This document shows positions 39,393-48,408 of a stretch of 64,000 bases of DNA, piece after piece (positions within the stretch are counted from its first letter, which is position 1; every line of letters starts with the position of its first letter). The stretch is taken from IMG/VR virus record IMGVR_UViG_3300041402_000811. One strand, written 5' to 3'. Below the pieces are notes generated by a model, which saw nothing but the letters and a program-made list of their open reading frames with translations, made no database searches and was not told where the DNA came from. A program made the position numbers and the translations under genes. The DNA comes from an uncultured virus (IMG/VR IMGVR_UViG_3300041402_000811). Taxonomy: Duplodnaviria > Heunggongvirae > Uroviricota > Caudoviricetes.

Positions 39393-40415
39393 ATGATAAG
39401 ACTAGTAAATTGGCTGCTCACTCGTAGATGTAATCTCAAATGTGAGTATTGCTCAATTACAAAAAATTATTCTGACATACCAAAAGAATATCCCAATATG
39501 GATCATTATATAAAAAATGAAATGACCACAGAGTATGTTTTAAAAGGATTGGAAAGACTTAATAAACATAATCCAGATTGTTTTCATATCTTTTATGGAG
39601 GTGAACCACTTTTAAGAAAAGATTTATCACAAATTATTAATTACTGTAATGAAAATGATATTCACTACACAATAATATCAAACAATACAGATCAGATTCG
39701 TCCACTAATTGATAAATTATTTGAAGAAGTTGATTATATTCAAGGATTTACTGCATCTGTTGATCCATCCTTTAATGAGAAAAATACAGATGATAGAATA
39801 GTTAAAAGTGCAGCAGGATTTGTAAATCTATTAAGATTAAAAGATCGTGTTAAAGATCTTGTTGCTGAAATAACTGTTATGAAACATAATGTAAAATATT
39901 TATATGAACTTGTTGGGGCATTAACAGTAAGTGGTATAAGTAGTGATATAACATTTATTGATATAGCAAAAAGTCCATATTATGATTTCTCGAATATGAG
40001 TGATAAAAATTTATTAGTTGAACAGAGTGATGAAGTATCTAAAATATTTCAACGATTGATTAATAGTGATTTTGATATTCATATGAAAAATGTTCTACTT
40101 CCAATGATTTATAAAATACTTCCATCGAATTTAGATTGTGAATTAGAAAAAGGAGTTCATAATATTACCGTTGATGCAGATGGAACTATTAGATTATGTT
40201 TGAGAATAAGAGGTACTCATGCTCCAAAGTTAGTTAAGATACCAAATTTGATTAATGATAATGATAAGGTATCATTTATTGCTGAAAAGGCAATTGCAAA
40301 AGATAAAGAGATTTATTGTTTGGGATGTAATCATACATGCTTATTAATGAGTATGTATATTGATAAAACAGATCGAGGAAGTGAGGATTTAATTCACGTC
40401 AATAGGAGGGAATAA
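39393..40415 (+). CDS. radical SAM protein (with SPASM/twitch-like Cys)
   Basis: CNLKCEYC, GGEP, C-terminal C..DG...LC and CLGC..C. Confidence 0.85.
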   Translation: MIRLVNWLLTRRCNLKCEYCSITKNYSDIPKEYPNMDHYIKNEMTTEYVLKGLERLNKHNPDCFHIFYGGEPLLRKDLSQIINYCNENDIHYTIISNNTDQIRPLIDKLFEEVDYIQGFTASVDPSFNEKNTDDRIVKSAAGFVNLLRLKDRVKDLVAEITVMKHNVKYLYELVGALTVSGISSDITFIDIAKSPYYDFSNMSDKNLLVEQSDEVSKIFQRLINSDFDIHMKNVLLPMIYKILPSNLDCELEKGVHNITVDADGTIRLCLRIRGTHAPKLVKIPNLINDNDKVSFIAEKAIAKDKEIYCLGCNHTCLLMSMYIDKTDRGSEDLIHVNRRE

Positions 40416-40417
40416 AA

Positions 40418-40741
40418 ATGGCAGTAGAAGAACTTATTAGAAATGCTGTAAAATTTTGGGAGACTTTATATGATGCTGGAGAAGCTACAGTTAGATTTAC
40501 TAAAAAAAGTGGTGAAGCAAGAAATATGAAATGCACTTTAGATTTTAATAAAATTCCACAGAGACATCATCCTAAGACTGTTAATCTGCCAAAAATATTA
40601 AAACTGATGCAGAAGAGCGGAATAATCCATGTTTATGATTTAGATAAAGAAGATTGGAGATCAGTTCCTTTTGAAAGAGTTGATTGGATAGAGACACCAG
40701 ATCAAAGATTTAAAGTCGTACCATTCAAAAATAGGAGTTAG
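40418..40741 (+). CDS. WYL-like/SH3-fold phage protein
   Basis: VRFTKKSGEARNMKCTL...YDLDKEDWRS. Confidence 0.6.
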   Translation: MAVEELIRNAVKFWETLYDAGEATVRFTKKSGEARNMKCTLDFNKIPQRHHPKTVNLPKILKLMQKSGIIHVYDLDKEDWRSVPFERVDWIETPDQRFKVVPFKNRS

Positions 40742-40743
40742 AT

Positions 40744-41124
40744 ATGGGAGAAATTATAGAAGAACTTTTAAAAAAAATTCCATCAAATGAAATTCTTGTA
40801 CAGATTAGAGAAATCTGTAAAGAAATTTGGGAAGAAGAAAAAGAAGCAATTGAATATCATCAGGCATTACCAAAAGGAGCTAATATATTTCTTGCGATAA
40901 GAGTACCTTCTAAACATATAGGAGATATATCATTTCTAACAATTGAAAGAGATCCAATGGAAGAATATGTCTCAAGTTATTACTCAATCAAAATAAAGTA
41001 TATTGAAAATATAGATCATCCTCAAATGCCAAGAAAATATCAATCTCATAAACTTGAAGGAAGATCCGCAATAAAAATCTTAAGTGAATTTGCGAAACTT
41101 GTAAAATTTTATAGAGGGGAATAA
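40744..41124 (+). CDS. hypothetical protein
   Basis: 126-aa ORF with AGGAG RBS. Confidence 0.55.
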   Translation: MGEIIEELLKKIPSNEILVQIREICKEIWEEEKEAIEYHQALPKGANIFLAIRVPSKHIGDISFLTIERDPMEEYVSSYYSIKIKYIENIDHPQMPRKYQSHKLEGRSAIKILSEFAKLVKFYRGE

Positions 41125-41126
41125 TT

Positions 41127-43781
41127 ATGCAGCGTGTTAAAGATGATTTTGAAGATTATGATATTCGTATAAATAGTAGTTTTGCTTCTTTATTACTTTC
41201 AAATTTACAAGAAATAGACTCAACAAAAGATCATAAAAAAGCAACACCAGTAAGACGACTAAAAGTATTACCAACAGAAGAATATCTTAAAAAATATTCA
41301 AAGCTAACATCATATGCTTCAACGATTCTCCCTCCTGGATGTAGATATGTTGAACCTCTTCCAAATGGTGGTAAAATATTTATTATTGAAGAACAACCAC
41401 AATTTAGAACAATTGCAATGAATATAAAATTTGATATTATGTATGAAGAGATCAAAGCACAGAATTTATTATCAAAATATGAAATTGAAGGATGGTTGGA
41501 GAGTACTTCTGAAGGACGTTTGGGAGAGCGTTATCATAAATTAAACCTTGCATTTCCATATGTTATATTTATTGTTTATATTAGTCCTTCAACAAAAGTT
41601 GAAAAAGGATATTGTTTCCTTAGAACCAAGCAAATGTTAGGATTATCTGATTATCTTTTTAAAATTCCTTTATCAAATATTGCAGAAAATCAGGTAATAT
41701 GTTTTGGTGGTCGTCTGAATAAAAATCTCTATAATACAGATGCAGAAGCTGTTAGAGATACTATTGATATATTTTGGACAAGTGTGTTTAATCAAGATTA
41801 TACATATAATCTTAAAGCATACAATGATGTTTCAGGAATTTCAAATTTCTTGGAATGGCAATATCTGTCAAGGGAAGATCCAATGTTTATATATCGAGCT
41901 GATTGGATTAAATACAAAGGAACTATTTATGATCTTATTAATAGTTTAAAAGAAAGACTTACTTCAGCAGCTGGTCGATTAGATAATCCTGGATTATCTA
42001 CATATAGAAGATTTATTGATATATTTACAAAACCTGCAAAAATTGGAGAAATTCGAACTGGAAAAATTCGAACTAGAATTGAACCAGTTTATTATGATGT
42101 CACTAATAGTTATTTCTTAAACAATGAACTTAGAATAGAAATTGGAGATTCATTTAAAAATCGAACAGGTTCTAAAAAATATCATATAATTTCATTTATT
42201 GGTCTTAAAGGAAAAGAACCAAAAACTATTAGACTTTCAAAGAATAAAAAACTCTTCAACTTTAAACTAAATGAATCTTCAAAAAATTATATATTAAAAC
42301 AACTTAAAGAAGAACGATATATTAAGAGTATTGAAATTGATGGAATGGAAATTAAAGCTGATGATATTATAAACTACAAAGATAATGTGGGAAATATAGT
42401 ACATAAAAGAGTTCTTTATATTAGAAAAACTGTAGATGGTCGTTCAGAAATAAAACTTGGTACCAAATATTTCTTAGCTCAAAATCTTCCATCACCATTA
42501 AAAAAGACTAATATAGGTAAACCAGAAATTTATGGTATTAACTTGGAGAAAGGAATAGAGTATTCATATTTTCATGCTTCTGCATCTAAAACTATTATTA
42601 ATAAAGTAGAAAGATGTACATTCGATGCTATTGATGTTGGATTAAATAATGAATTAATATATAGATTTAAATCTTTAGAATCTGGAAGAGATTCAAGTTC
42701 TATAATTGTTCGTATGAGTCACGAGGATACAAGTTATAGACAAAGGATATATCTAAAATTGAGTGATACATTATTGTGTCAAAATTCTCTTATCATTTCA
42801 GTTGGTCGATTATTAAGAAAATTTATAGATTATGATAATGAAGGAAATGAAATACCAGCTAAAGTTTATAAATCTCCTACTCATTATAATATGGATATCA
42901 ATGCAACTCACGAAATTGCAGATCCAAGACAAGTACATAATCTTATTAAAAATGAAGGTAAAACATTTGAGATTGATACACATTTTGGTATTCTTAAATT
43001 TGAAATTGGTGATTTAGTCGTAATTGCAAATTGGAAAAATCCTTTAAGTATTTTGGATATAAGAAGGATTGAGGGATTCAATTTAGAAGATAAGACTGGA
43101 TCAACTGAACTCTCATTTATATTAGCAGATAAAACGGGTAATTTAACTAAAGAGTTATATGTATTTAAAGATAATATTAGAATTGGATATATTAGAAAAA
43201 TTATAACTAGATTTGAAGGTCTATCTTCTGGTATGAAGATAATAGCAAATGTGGGTAGGATATCAAATTTTCCAAAGAAAGATACTAATATTATTGTTGG
43301 TATTATTACTGATGGTCCTCATCCAATGGTATTATGTTCAAACGGATGCAGTCTATGGTATCAAGATGTTATAGATAATTTTAAACAAATCCCAATAGGT
43401 TCATCTGAATGGGCAGCAAGTGAGCATGCTACATTAGATCCAAAAAAAATTAAACTTCAAACAGGTGATATTGTTATACCATATTATAAAAATTCATTAA
43501 ACGATTGTGGATATTTAATGGTTCAAATAAGACATGCAAATACTCTTAGATATCATCCACTAAGTTCATATCGTACATCATATGATAACTATAGTTCTGA
43601 AGGTGACAATAAAGCTTTTCAACAAGAATCCATACTTGATTGTATTCCAAATCCAAGAGTTTCAAAACCAAAACAAGCTGCGGAAGGATATGTCGCTGGA
43701 GTACCTAACTTTCATGGGGGAATTGTTTTGAGTGATAAATCTAAATTTCTCTACATAAATGATCCAAGGAGCTTTATCTAA
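41127..43781 (+). CDS. large protein with N-terminal prokaryotic E2 family D-like domain
   Basis: LAFPYVIF...LFKIPLSNI...ICFG...FWTSVFNQD; upstream of JAB and ThiF genes. Confidence 0.55.
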   Translation: MQRVKDDFEDYDIRINSSFASLLLSNLQEIDSTKDHKKATPVRRLKVLPTEEYLKKYSKLTSYASTILPPGCRYVEPLPNGGKIFIIEEQPQFRTIAMNIKFDIMYEEIKAQNLLSKYEIEGWLESTSEGRLGERYHKLNLAFPYVIFIVYISPSTKVEKGYCFLRTKQMLGLSDYLFKIPLSNIAENQVICFGGRLNKNLYNTDAEAVRDTIDIFWTSVFNQDYTYNLKAYNDVSGISNFLEWQYLSREDPMFIYRADWIKYKGTIYDLINSLKERLTSAAGRLDNPGLSTYRRFIDIFTKPAKIGEIRTGKIRTRIEPVYYDVTNSYFLNNELRIEIGDSFKNRTGSKKYHIISFIGLKGKEPKTIRLSKNKKLFNFKLNESSKNYILKQLKEERYIKSIEIDGMEIKADDIINYKDNVGNIVHKRVLYIRKTVDGRSEIKLGTKYFLAQNLPSPLKKTNIGKPEIYGINLEKGIEYSYFHASASKTIINKVERCTFDAIDVGLNNELIYRFKSLESGRDSSSIIVRMSHEDTSYRQRIYLKLSDTLLCQNSLIISVGRLLRKFIDYDNEGNEIPAKVYKSPTHYNMDINATHEIADPRQVHNLIKNEGKTFEIDTHFGILKFEIGDLVVIANWKNPLSILDIRRIEGFNLEDKTGSTELSFILADKTGNLTKELYVFKDNIRIGYIRKIITRFEGLSSGMKIIANVGRISNFPKKDTNIIVGIITDGPHPMVLCSNGCSLWYQDVIDNFKQIPIGSSEWAASEHATLDPKKIKLQTGDIVIPYYKNSLNDCGYLMVQIRHANTLRYHPLSSYRTSYDNYSSEGDNKAFQQESILDCIPNPRVSKPKQAAEGYVAGVPNFHGGIVLSDKSKFLYINDPRSFI

Positions 43782-45559
43782 TGTTTAAAGTAATAGTAGC
43801 AGATGGGAAACAAGAATTACCAGATGATGATATTTATTATATAGTTGCAAAAGAAGGTATTTTTATTAAAAAGAAATTGGGTATTATGGATAGTGTATCA
43901 CCAGTAAAAAATATATCAATATTAGAAAGCGTTAAAGCAACAGCTAAAATGAATATTGAAAAAATACCTTCATTAGCAGTAGCTAAAATTGCAAATTTCT
44001 TTCGTCATGTTTATAAAGAACATAAATCAGAAGCAATTGTATTATTATTTTATAATGAAGAATCTAAAAAATATAAACTAGTTCCTCCATCACAAAAGGT
44101 CAGTCCAGCTTCAATTGAATATAATAGATCAGTTATTATTGATGGATTTACTATGATTGGAGACATTCATAGTCATAGTTCAATGTCTGCATTTCATTCA
44201 GGTACAGATCAAGGCGATGAAGAATCCTTTGATGGATTACACATTACATTTGGAAATCTAGGTGATGAAATGATAAGTATTTCAGCATCAATCGTTTCAA
44301 ATGGCAATAGAGTAATGGTTGAACCAGAACAATATATGAAAGGGGTATCATTAGAAAGTAAAATTGATGAGGTTGAAAAAATTCCTACTACTCGAATTTA
44401 TAGATGGGTAAATGGAGCTATGGTTGAACAAACTCCAAAGTATTCAACTAAATCTTATAAAACCATTCATAAGTTTGATAAGCGATATAAAATAATCAGT
44501 CAAACTGCTATCAAAGCTATAGTTCCTCCCAAATGGATAAAGGCAGTTGAACATGGTTTCTCTCCATATGGACAATATGGTCAGGCATGGAGAAATGTTT
44601 GGGAAGGAAATTATCAAAATGGTCGATGGAATCGTGGTAAATGGATTCCCCCTCAATATAGTAGAGGATGGAATGAAAACTTTGATCCAGATGTTTGGGC
44701 ATTGAATAAAAAAGATGAAAAAATACCACCTCAAAATGTTGGAGTTAAAGTTGACCCTATTAAATTTCCACCACATAATCAAGGTCCAGTCATTACTGAT
44801 ATAACTCCAGAGAAACGCAATGCTTGTGAAACTTGTCCCTTTAAAGATAGAGCATTTGAATATGTTGCTTCACGTTTAGTAAAAGAAAATAAAGGTACAA
44901 TAGTAGAAGAAGAAGAAAAAGGTATTTGGGATGAAAAAGAAGTATATGAATGTATGAAGTGTAATGTAGTTGTATCATTTGATTTTGATGATAATGGCGA
45001 TGTTATAGGAGATATAATATGTCCTGAATGTAAATCAAATGATCATTTGATTGAACTTGATATGGAAGAAGATTCATTTGATGATGAAATGAAATTTGAT
45101 CTTGATCCATATGCACCAGATTCAAAACCTGGTAGTAGTCTTCATTGTGAATCTTGCAATAGTGATTTTGATGCATCAATGCTTCGAAGTGATGTTGAAA
45201 AAGGAGCAAAATGTCCATTTTGTGAAACATCATTATTTAATGCAGAAGATCTAAATTATGTGAAGGAAAATGATGAATATGTTTGCAAAGGTTGTTCAAC
45301 TATGTTTACTTATGATCTAATAAAGAATGATTGTTGTCCTTTTTGTAAAGAACCTCTTATATTAAAAGGACATGTACCAGGAGAATTATTAAATCCAGAT
45401 TCAGAAAAAATAGAGCAGGTATCTAAAGAAGAAATACATAACTATCAAGCAGCAAAAGAAAATCCGCATCCAGCTGATATTATACCTGATCCTTCTGAAA
45501 AGAGACAAAGAATAAATCCAATAGAATGGTTAAATGAAAAGTTAGGGAGAAATAAATGA
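43781..45559 (+). CDS. JAB/MPN metalloprotease with C-terminal multiple Zn-ribbons
   Basis: SE...GDIHSHSSMSAFHSGTD..DE; several CxxC pairs. Confidence 0.8.
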   Translation: MFKVIVADGKQELPDDDIYYIVAKEGIFIKKKLGIMDSVSPVKNISILESVKATAKMNIEKIPSLAVAKIANFFRHVYKEHKSEAIVLLFYNEESKKYKLVPPSQKVSPASIEYNRSVIIDGFTMIGDIHSHSSMSAFHSGTDQGDEESFDGLHITFGNLGDEMISISASIVSNGNRVMVEPEQYMKGVSLESKIDEVEKIPTTRIYRWVNGAMVEQTPKYSTKSYKTIHKFDKRYKIISQTAIKAIVPPKWIKAVEHGFSPYGQYGQAWRNVWEGNYQNGRWNRGKWIPPQYSRGWNENFDPDVWALNKKDEKIPPQNVGVKVDPIKFPPHNQGPVITDITPEKRNACETCPFKDRAFEYVASRLVKENKGTIVEEEEKGIWDEKEVYECMKCNVVVSFDFDDNGDVIGDIICPECKSNDHLIELDMEEDSFDDEMKFDLDPYAPDSKPGSSLHCESCNSDFDASMLRSDVEKGAKCPFCETSLFNAEDLNYVKENDEYVCKGCSTMFTYDLIKNDCCPFCKEPLILKGHVPGELLNPDSEKIEQVSKEEIHNYQAAKENPHPADIIPDPSEKRQRINPIEWLNEKLGRNK

Positions 45560-46239
45560 ATTATTTATCTATCAAAATACTTGGATTGGGCGGTGTAGGT
45601 TCAGTATTATGTGAAAAAATATCAAGATTCTTAAACTACTCCAGAGATATTAGAGCAAATATTACGCTCATAGATGGAGATTCGTATGAAGCAAAAAATT
45701 ATCAACGTCAAGAGTTTACAATATTAGGAAATAAATCTGAAATTAAAGGGGGTGATTTAGAAGAGAAATTTCCAGAATTAGAATTAGACTTTTATCCTGA
45801 GTATATAAATCAGCACAATATTAATCAAGTTATTAAAACAGATGATATTGTATTTCTATGTGTAGATAATCATAAAACCAGAATGATTACTTCTAATTAC
45901 TGTAATAATTTAAATAACATTACTTTAATTTCTGGGGGAAATGAATTTACAGATGGTAATGTACAAATTTATGTCAGAAAAGGAGGTAAAGATTTAACCC
46001 CTGACTTATGTGCTTATCATCCAGAAATTGCAAATCCTGTAGATAAATTACCAGAGGAAATGAGTTGTGAAGAACTCGCCAATTCGGATCCTCAGCTATA
46101 CTTCACTAATGTGTGGGTAGCTACGATAATGTGTTCCGCATTTTATAATGTGGTTATTAAGAATCAGATAGGGACATCAGAAATTTATTTCGATATGAAA
46201 CAGATGTCCATGATTGCGCAGTCAAGAGCTCTGAAATAA
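45556..46239 (+). CDS. ThiF/E1-like ubiquitin-activating enzyme
   Basis: GLGGVGS, DGD.YE.KN..RQ, K, CVDN..TR, SCEE. Confidence 0.85.
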   Translation: MNYLSIKILGLGGVGSVLCEKISRFLNYSRDIRANITLIDGDSYEAKNYQRQEFTILGNKSEIKGGDLEEKFPELELDFYPEYINQHNINQVIKTDDIVFLCVDNHKTRMITSNYCNNLNNITLISGGNEFTDGNVQIYVRKGGKDLTPDLCAYHPEIANPVDKLPEEMSCEELANSDPQLYFTNVWVATIMCSAFYNVVIKNQIGTSEIYFDMKQMSMIAQSRALK

Positions 46240-46276
46240 TAACCTTAGATAAAAAAAGAATAGGAGAATTAACATC

Positions 46277-46783
46277 ATGTCGAATGAATATTCACGATCG
46301 AATTTAGAAGAGATGACAGTAAAAGAACTTCGTCGTCTTTGTGTAGACAACCTGGCAATTCCAGGTATGACAAAAAAGCGTAAAGATATTGTTATCGACG
46401 CTATCTTGAAAAATGCAAATGCAGGTCCTATCAAATCAGCTAAAACAGCTCCTGCCGAAACTTCCATTAAACCAACGCCTGGACCAATTAAAGAGATGGA
46501 CTTTACTGGCCACTCAATAATGAATAAACCCTATGAGTCATTTGGTAAGAAAACCACAACTACAATCCAGGTAACTTGTGGTGCCAGCACAGGAGCTTTT
46601 CCTGTTGAAGGAAAAAGTGTTGCAGAAGTTGGTGAGTTCCTGCGTGAAGTTCTTAACGTAGATAAATTATCCACTGGATTGGTCAATGGTAAAGAGGTTC
46701 GTGGTGATCACGTATTAAAGAATGGAGATAGTTTGGAATTTATGAAACCTTCCGGACGTAAGGGTGATCGTAAGGGTTGCTAA
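46277..46783 (+). CDS. ubiquitin-like protein with N-terminal Rho-N/HeH-like domain
   Basis: N-terminal LEEMTVKELRRLC...KKRKDIVIDAI; C-terminal beta-grasp pattern VNG.......LKNGDSLEF.KPSGRKG. Confidence 0.7.
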   Translation: MSNEYSRSNLEEMTVKELRRLCVDNLAIPGMTKKRKDIVIDAILKNANAGPIKSAKTAPAETSIKPTPGPIKEMDFTGHSIMNKPYESFGKKTTTTIQVTCGASTGAFPVEGKSVAEVGEFLREVLNVDKLSTGLVNGKEVRGDHVLKNGDSLEFMKPSGRKGDRKGC

Positions 46784-46798
46784 AATATTATCCCTGCA

Positions 46799-46827
46799 AG
46801 ATGGGGATTCTATTTAGGTCCCCATCT
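46799..46827 (+). terminator. stem-loop after the Ubl gene (terminator or stabiliser)
   Basis: agatgggga/tccccatct; weak T-tract. Confidence 0.45.
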
Positions 46828-46854
46828 ATCTCTTCTGAAAGGAAACCTTAAACT

Positions 46855-47757
46855 TTGAACTTCTTTAATACTATAACAATAATTGGAACAGGAACATTAG
46901 GAGGACATCTTTGTAAACATCTTGCTGAAAGTTCAAAAGTATGTAAACTAATTTTAATTGATAAAGATATTGTTGACACTAAAGATACAGAAGTTGGTAT
47001 CTTTCAACCAGTGGATATTCATGAACCAAAAGTTCATGCACTATACCATAAATTTAAAAATTATAATACAGAAATTGAACCAATGGTAGAATTTTATATA
47101 GATGGTATTACAAATTTACCAATATCAGATCTTACAATTGATTGTAGAAATATATTTGGAAAAAGAGATTTAAATATTGATATGAAAATGTTTATATCAG
47201 AAAGATTTCTAATATTAGATTTTGGAAAAAAGTATGAAAATGAAAATCAACGTAAAGGCGAATATTCTATTCAACTATCAGAACATGAAATAAGTAGAGC
47301 TGCATACTATGCTACAACTTTAATATGTAGTGATATATTGAAAGAACTATTAAAAAGTCAATCAATAAAATATATTGATATTGATATTATACAAACAATA
47401 ATGTTAAAAAGTATTAAAGAATCAAAACAAAAATCCAACATTATTTATGATTTAGATAAGGATACTAAAAGGTTGAGAAGAATTGATGAAGTTATACAAC
47501 CTATATTAAAAAAGAATAAAACAACTTCTCTTAAAATAGCAGTCAAAGAAAGAAATTCAATTGTTAGAGAAGTTTTTAATATGCCAAAGTTTGCAGAAAC
47601 GACATATAAAATAATTCCACAAGATAGTTTAAAACAACCAGAAGATGTAATTGATATTTTAAAAAAAGCAATTGAAGGTAAAAGTGAAACTTTAAAATTT
47701 CTACCAGTTCTTATAGATGATAAAATTCATATTTTAGAAGATACAGGAGGAGCATAA
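46855..47757 (+). CDS. second, divergent ThiF/E1-like protein
   Basis: IIGTGTLGG, LIDKDIV, EPKV, IDC; ends DTGGA. Confidence 0.6.
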   Translation: MNFFNTITIIGTGTLGGHLCKHLAESSKVCKLILIDKDIVDTKDTEVGIFQPVDIHEPKVHALYHKFKNYNTEIEPMVEFYIDGITNLPISDLTIDCRNIFGKRDLNIDMKMFISERFLILDFGKKYENENQRKGEYSIQLSEHEISRAAYYATTLICSDILKELLKSQSIKYIDIDIIQTIMLKSIKESKQKSNIIYDLDKDTKRLRRIDEVIQPILKKNKTTSLKIAVKERNSIVREVFNMPKFAETTYKIIPQDSLKQPEDVIDILKKAIEGKSETLKFLPVLIDDKIHILEDTGGA

Positions 47758-48227
47758 TGGAACATCATTTACAAATATTTGGTTCTAAAATTAGTCCAAG
47801 TGTTGATTATAATTTTTACTTTGAAAAAATAATTCCAAAATTTATTATTAAAGATGGAGTTCCAGAAGTTATAACTGATCTTCATGAAAAATATCATCTA
47901 GAAGGATTTATGATTAAGACTATTGGTAAAAAATTATTATCTGTTATGATATATGGAAGGCATCCAAATGTAGATATTAATACAGATGAACTTTGTTTAA
48001 AGGTTGAAGAAAAACGTACAGTTGTTACAGATATACAAGCTTTAAAAGATATATTAATCAATAGACTCCAAGTTTGGTATTTCAATGACTGTCATTTTAG
48101 ACCAGATGAATTTTTCTATAAAACAAAACCGGTTGATGGATTTATGAAAATAGATGTTAATTTTAAAAAGGGAGAAATATACGATGGAGAAGCACCCTTT
48201 AGACGAATATATCCAACTGAAGATTGA
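47757..48227 (+). CDS. putative E2/UBC-like protein
   Basis: HPNVD....ELCL resembles the E2 HPN..C signature. Confidence 0.45.
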   Translation: MEHHLQIFGSKISPSVDYNFYFEKIIPKFIIKDGVPEVITDLHEKYHLEGFMIKTIGKKLLSVMIYGRHPNVDINTDELCLKVEEKRTVVTDIQALKDILINRLQVWYFNDCHFRPDEFFYKTKPVDGFMKIDVNFKKGEIYDGEAPFRRIYPTED

Positions 48228-48408
48228 AGAATTTATAAATCAACATGAATCACAAATTACAAAAAAAGATGCACAAATTATCATTAAATCTTTAATGCCA
48301 TTTATTGATGAAATGGTATCAGAAAAAGTAAAATATCATTTTAAATTATTAGCAAATCATTTACTAGATACATTAAAATCTACAGAGGAGAAATTAAAAG
48401 ATGCCTAG
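48184..48408 (+). CDS. small hypothetical protein
   Basis: ATG at 48184 after GGGAG; overlaps the rpoC start. Confidence 0.5.
   Translation: MEKHPLDEYIQLKIEEFINQHESQITKKDAQIIIKSLMPFIDEMVSEKVKYHFKLLANHLLDTLKSTEEKLKDA

Noticed and set aside
39393..40415. Calling the radical SAM protein QueE
   Set aside because: Longer than typical QueE, has SPASM-like C-terminal cysteines and lacks the QueE N-terminal QGEG motif
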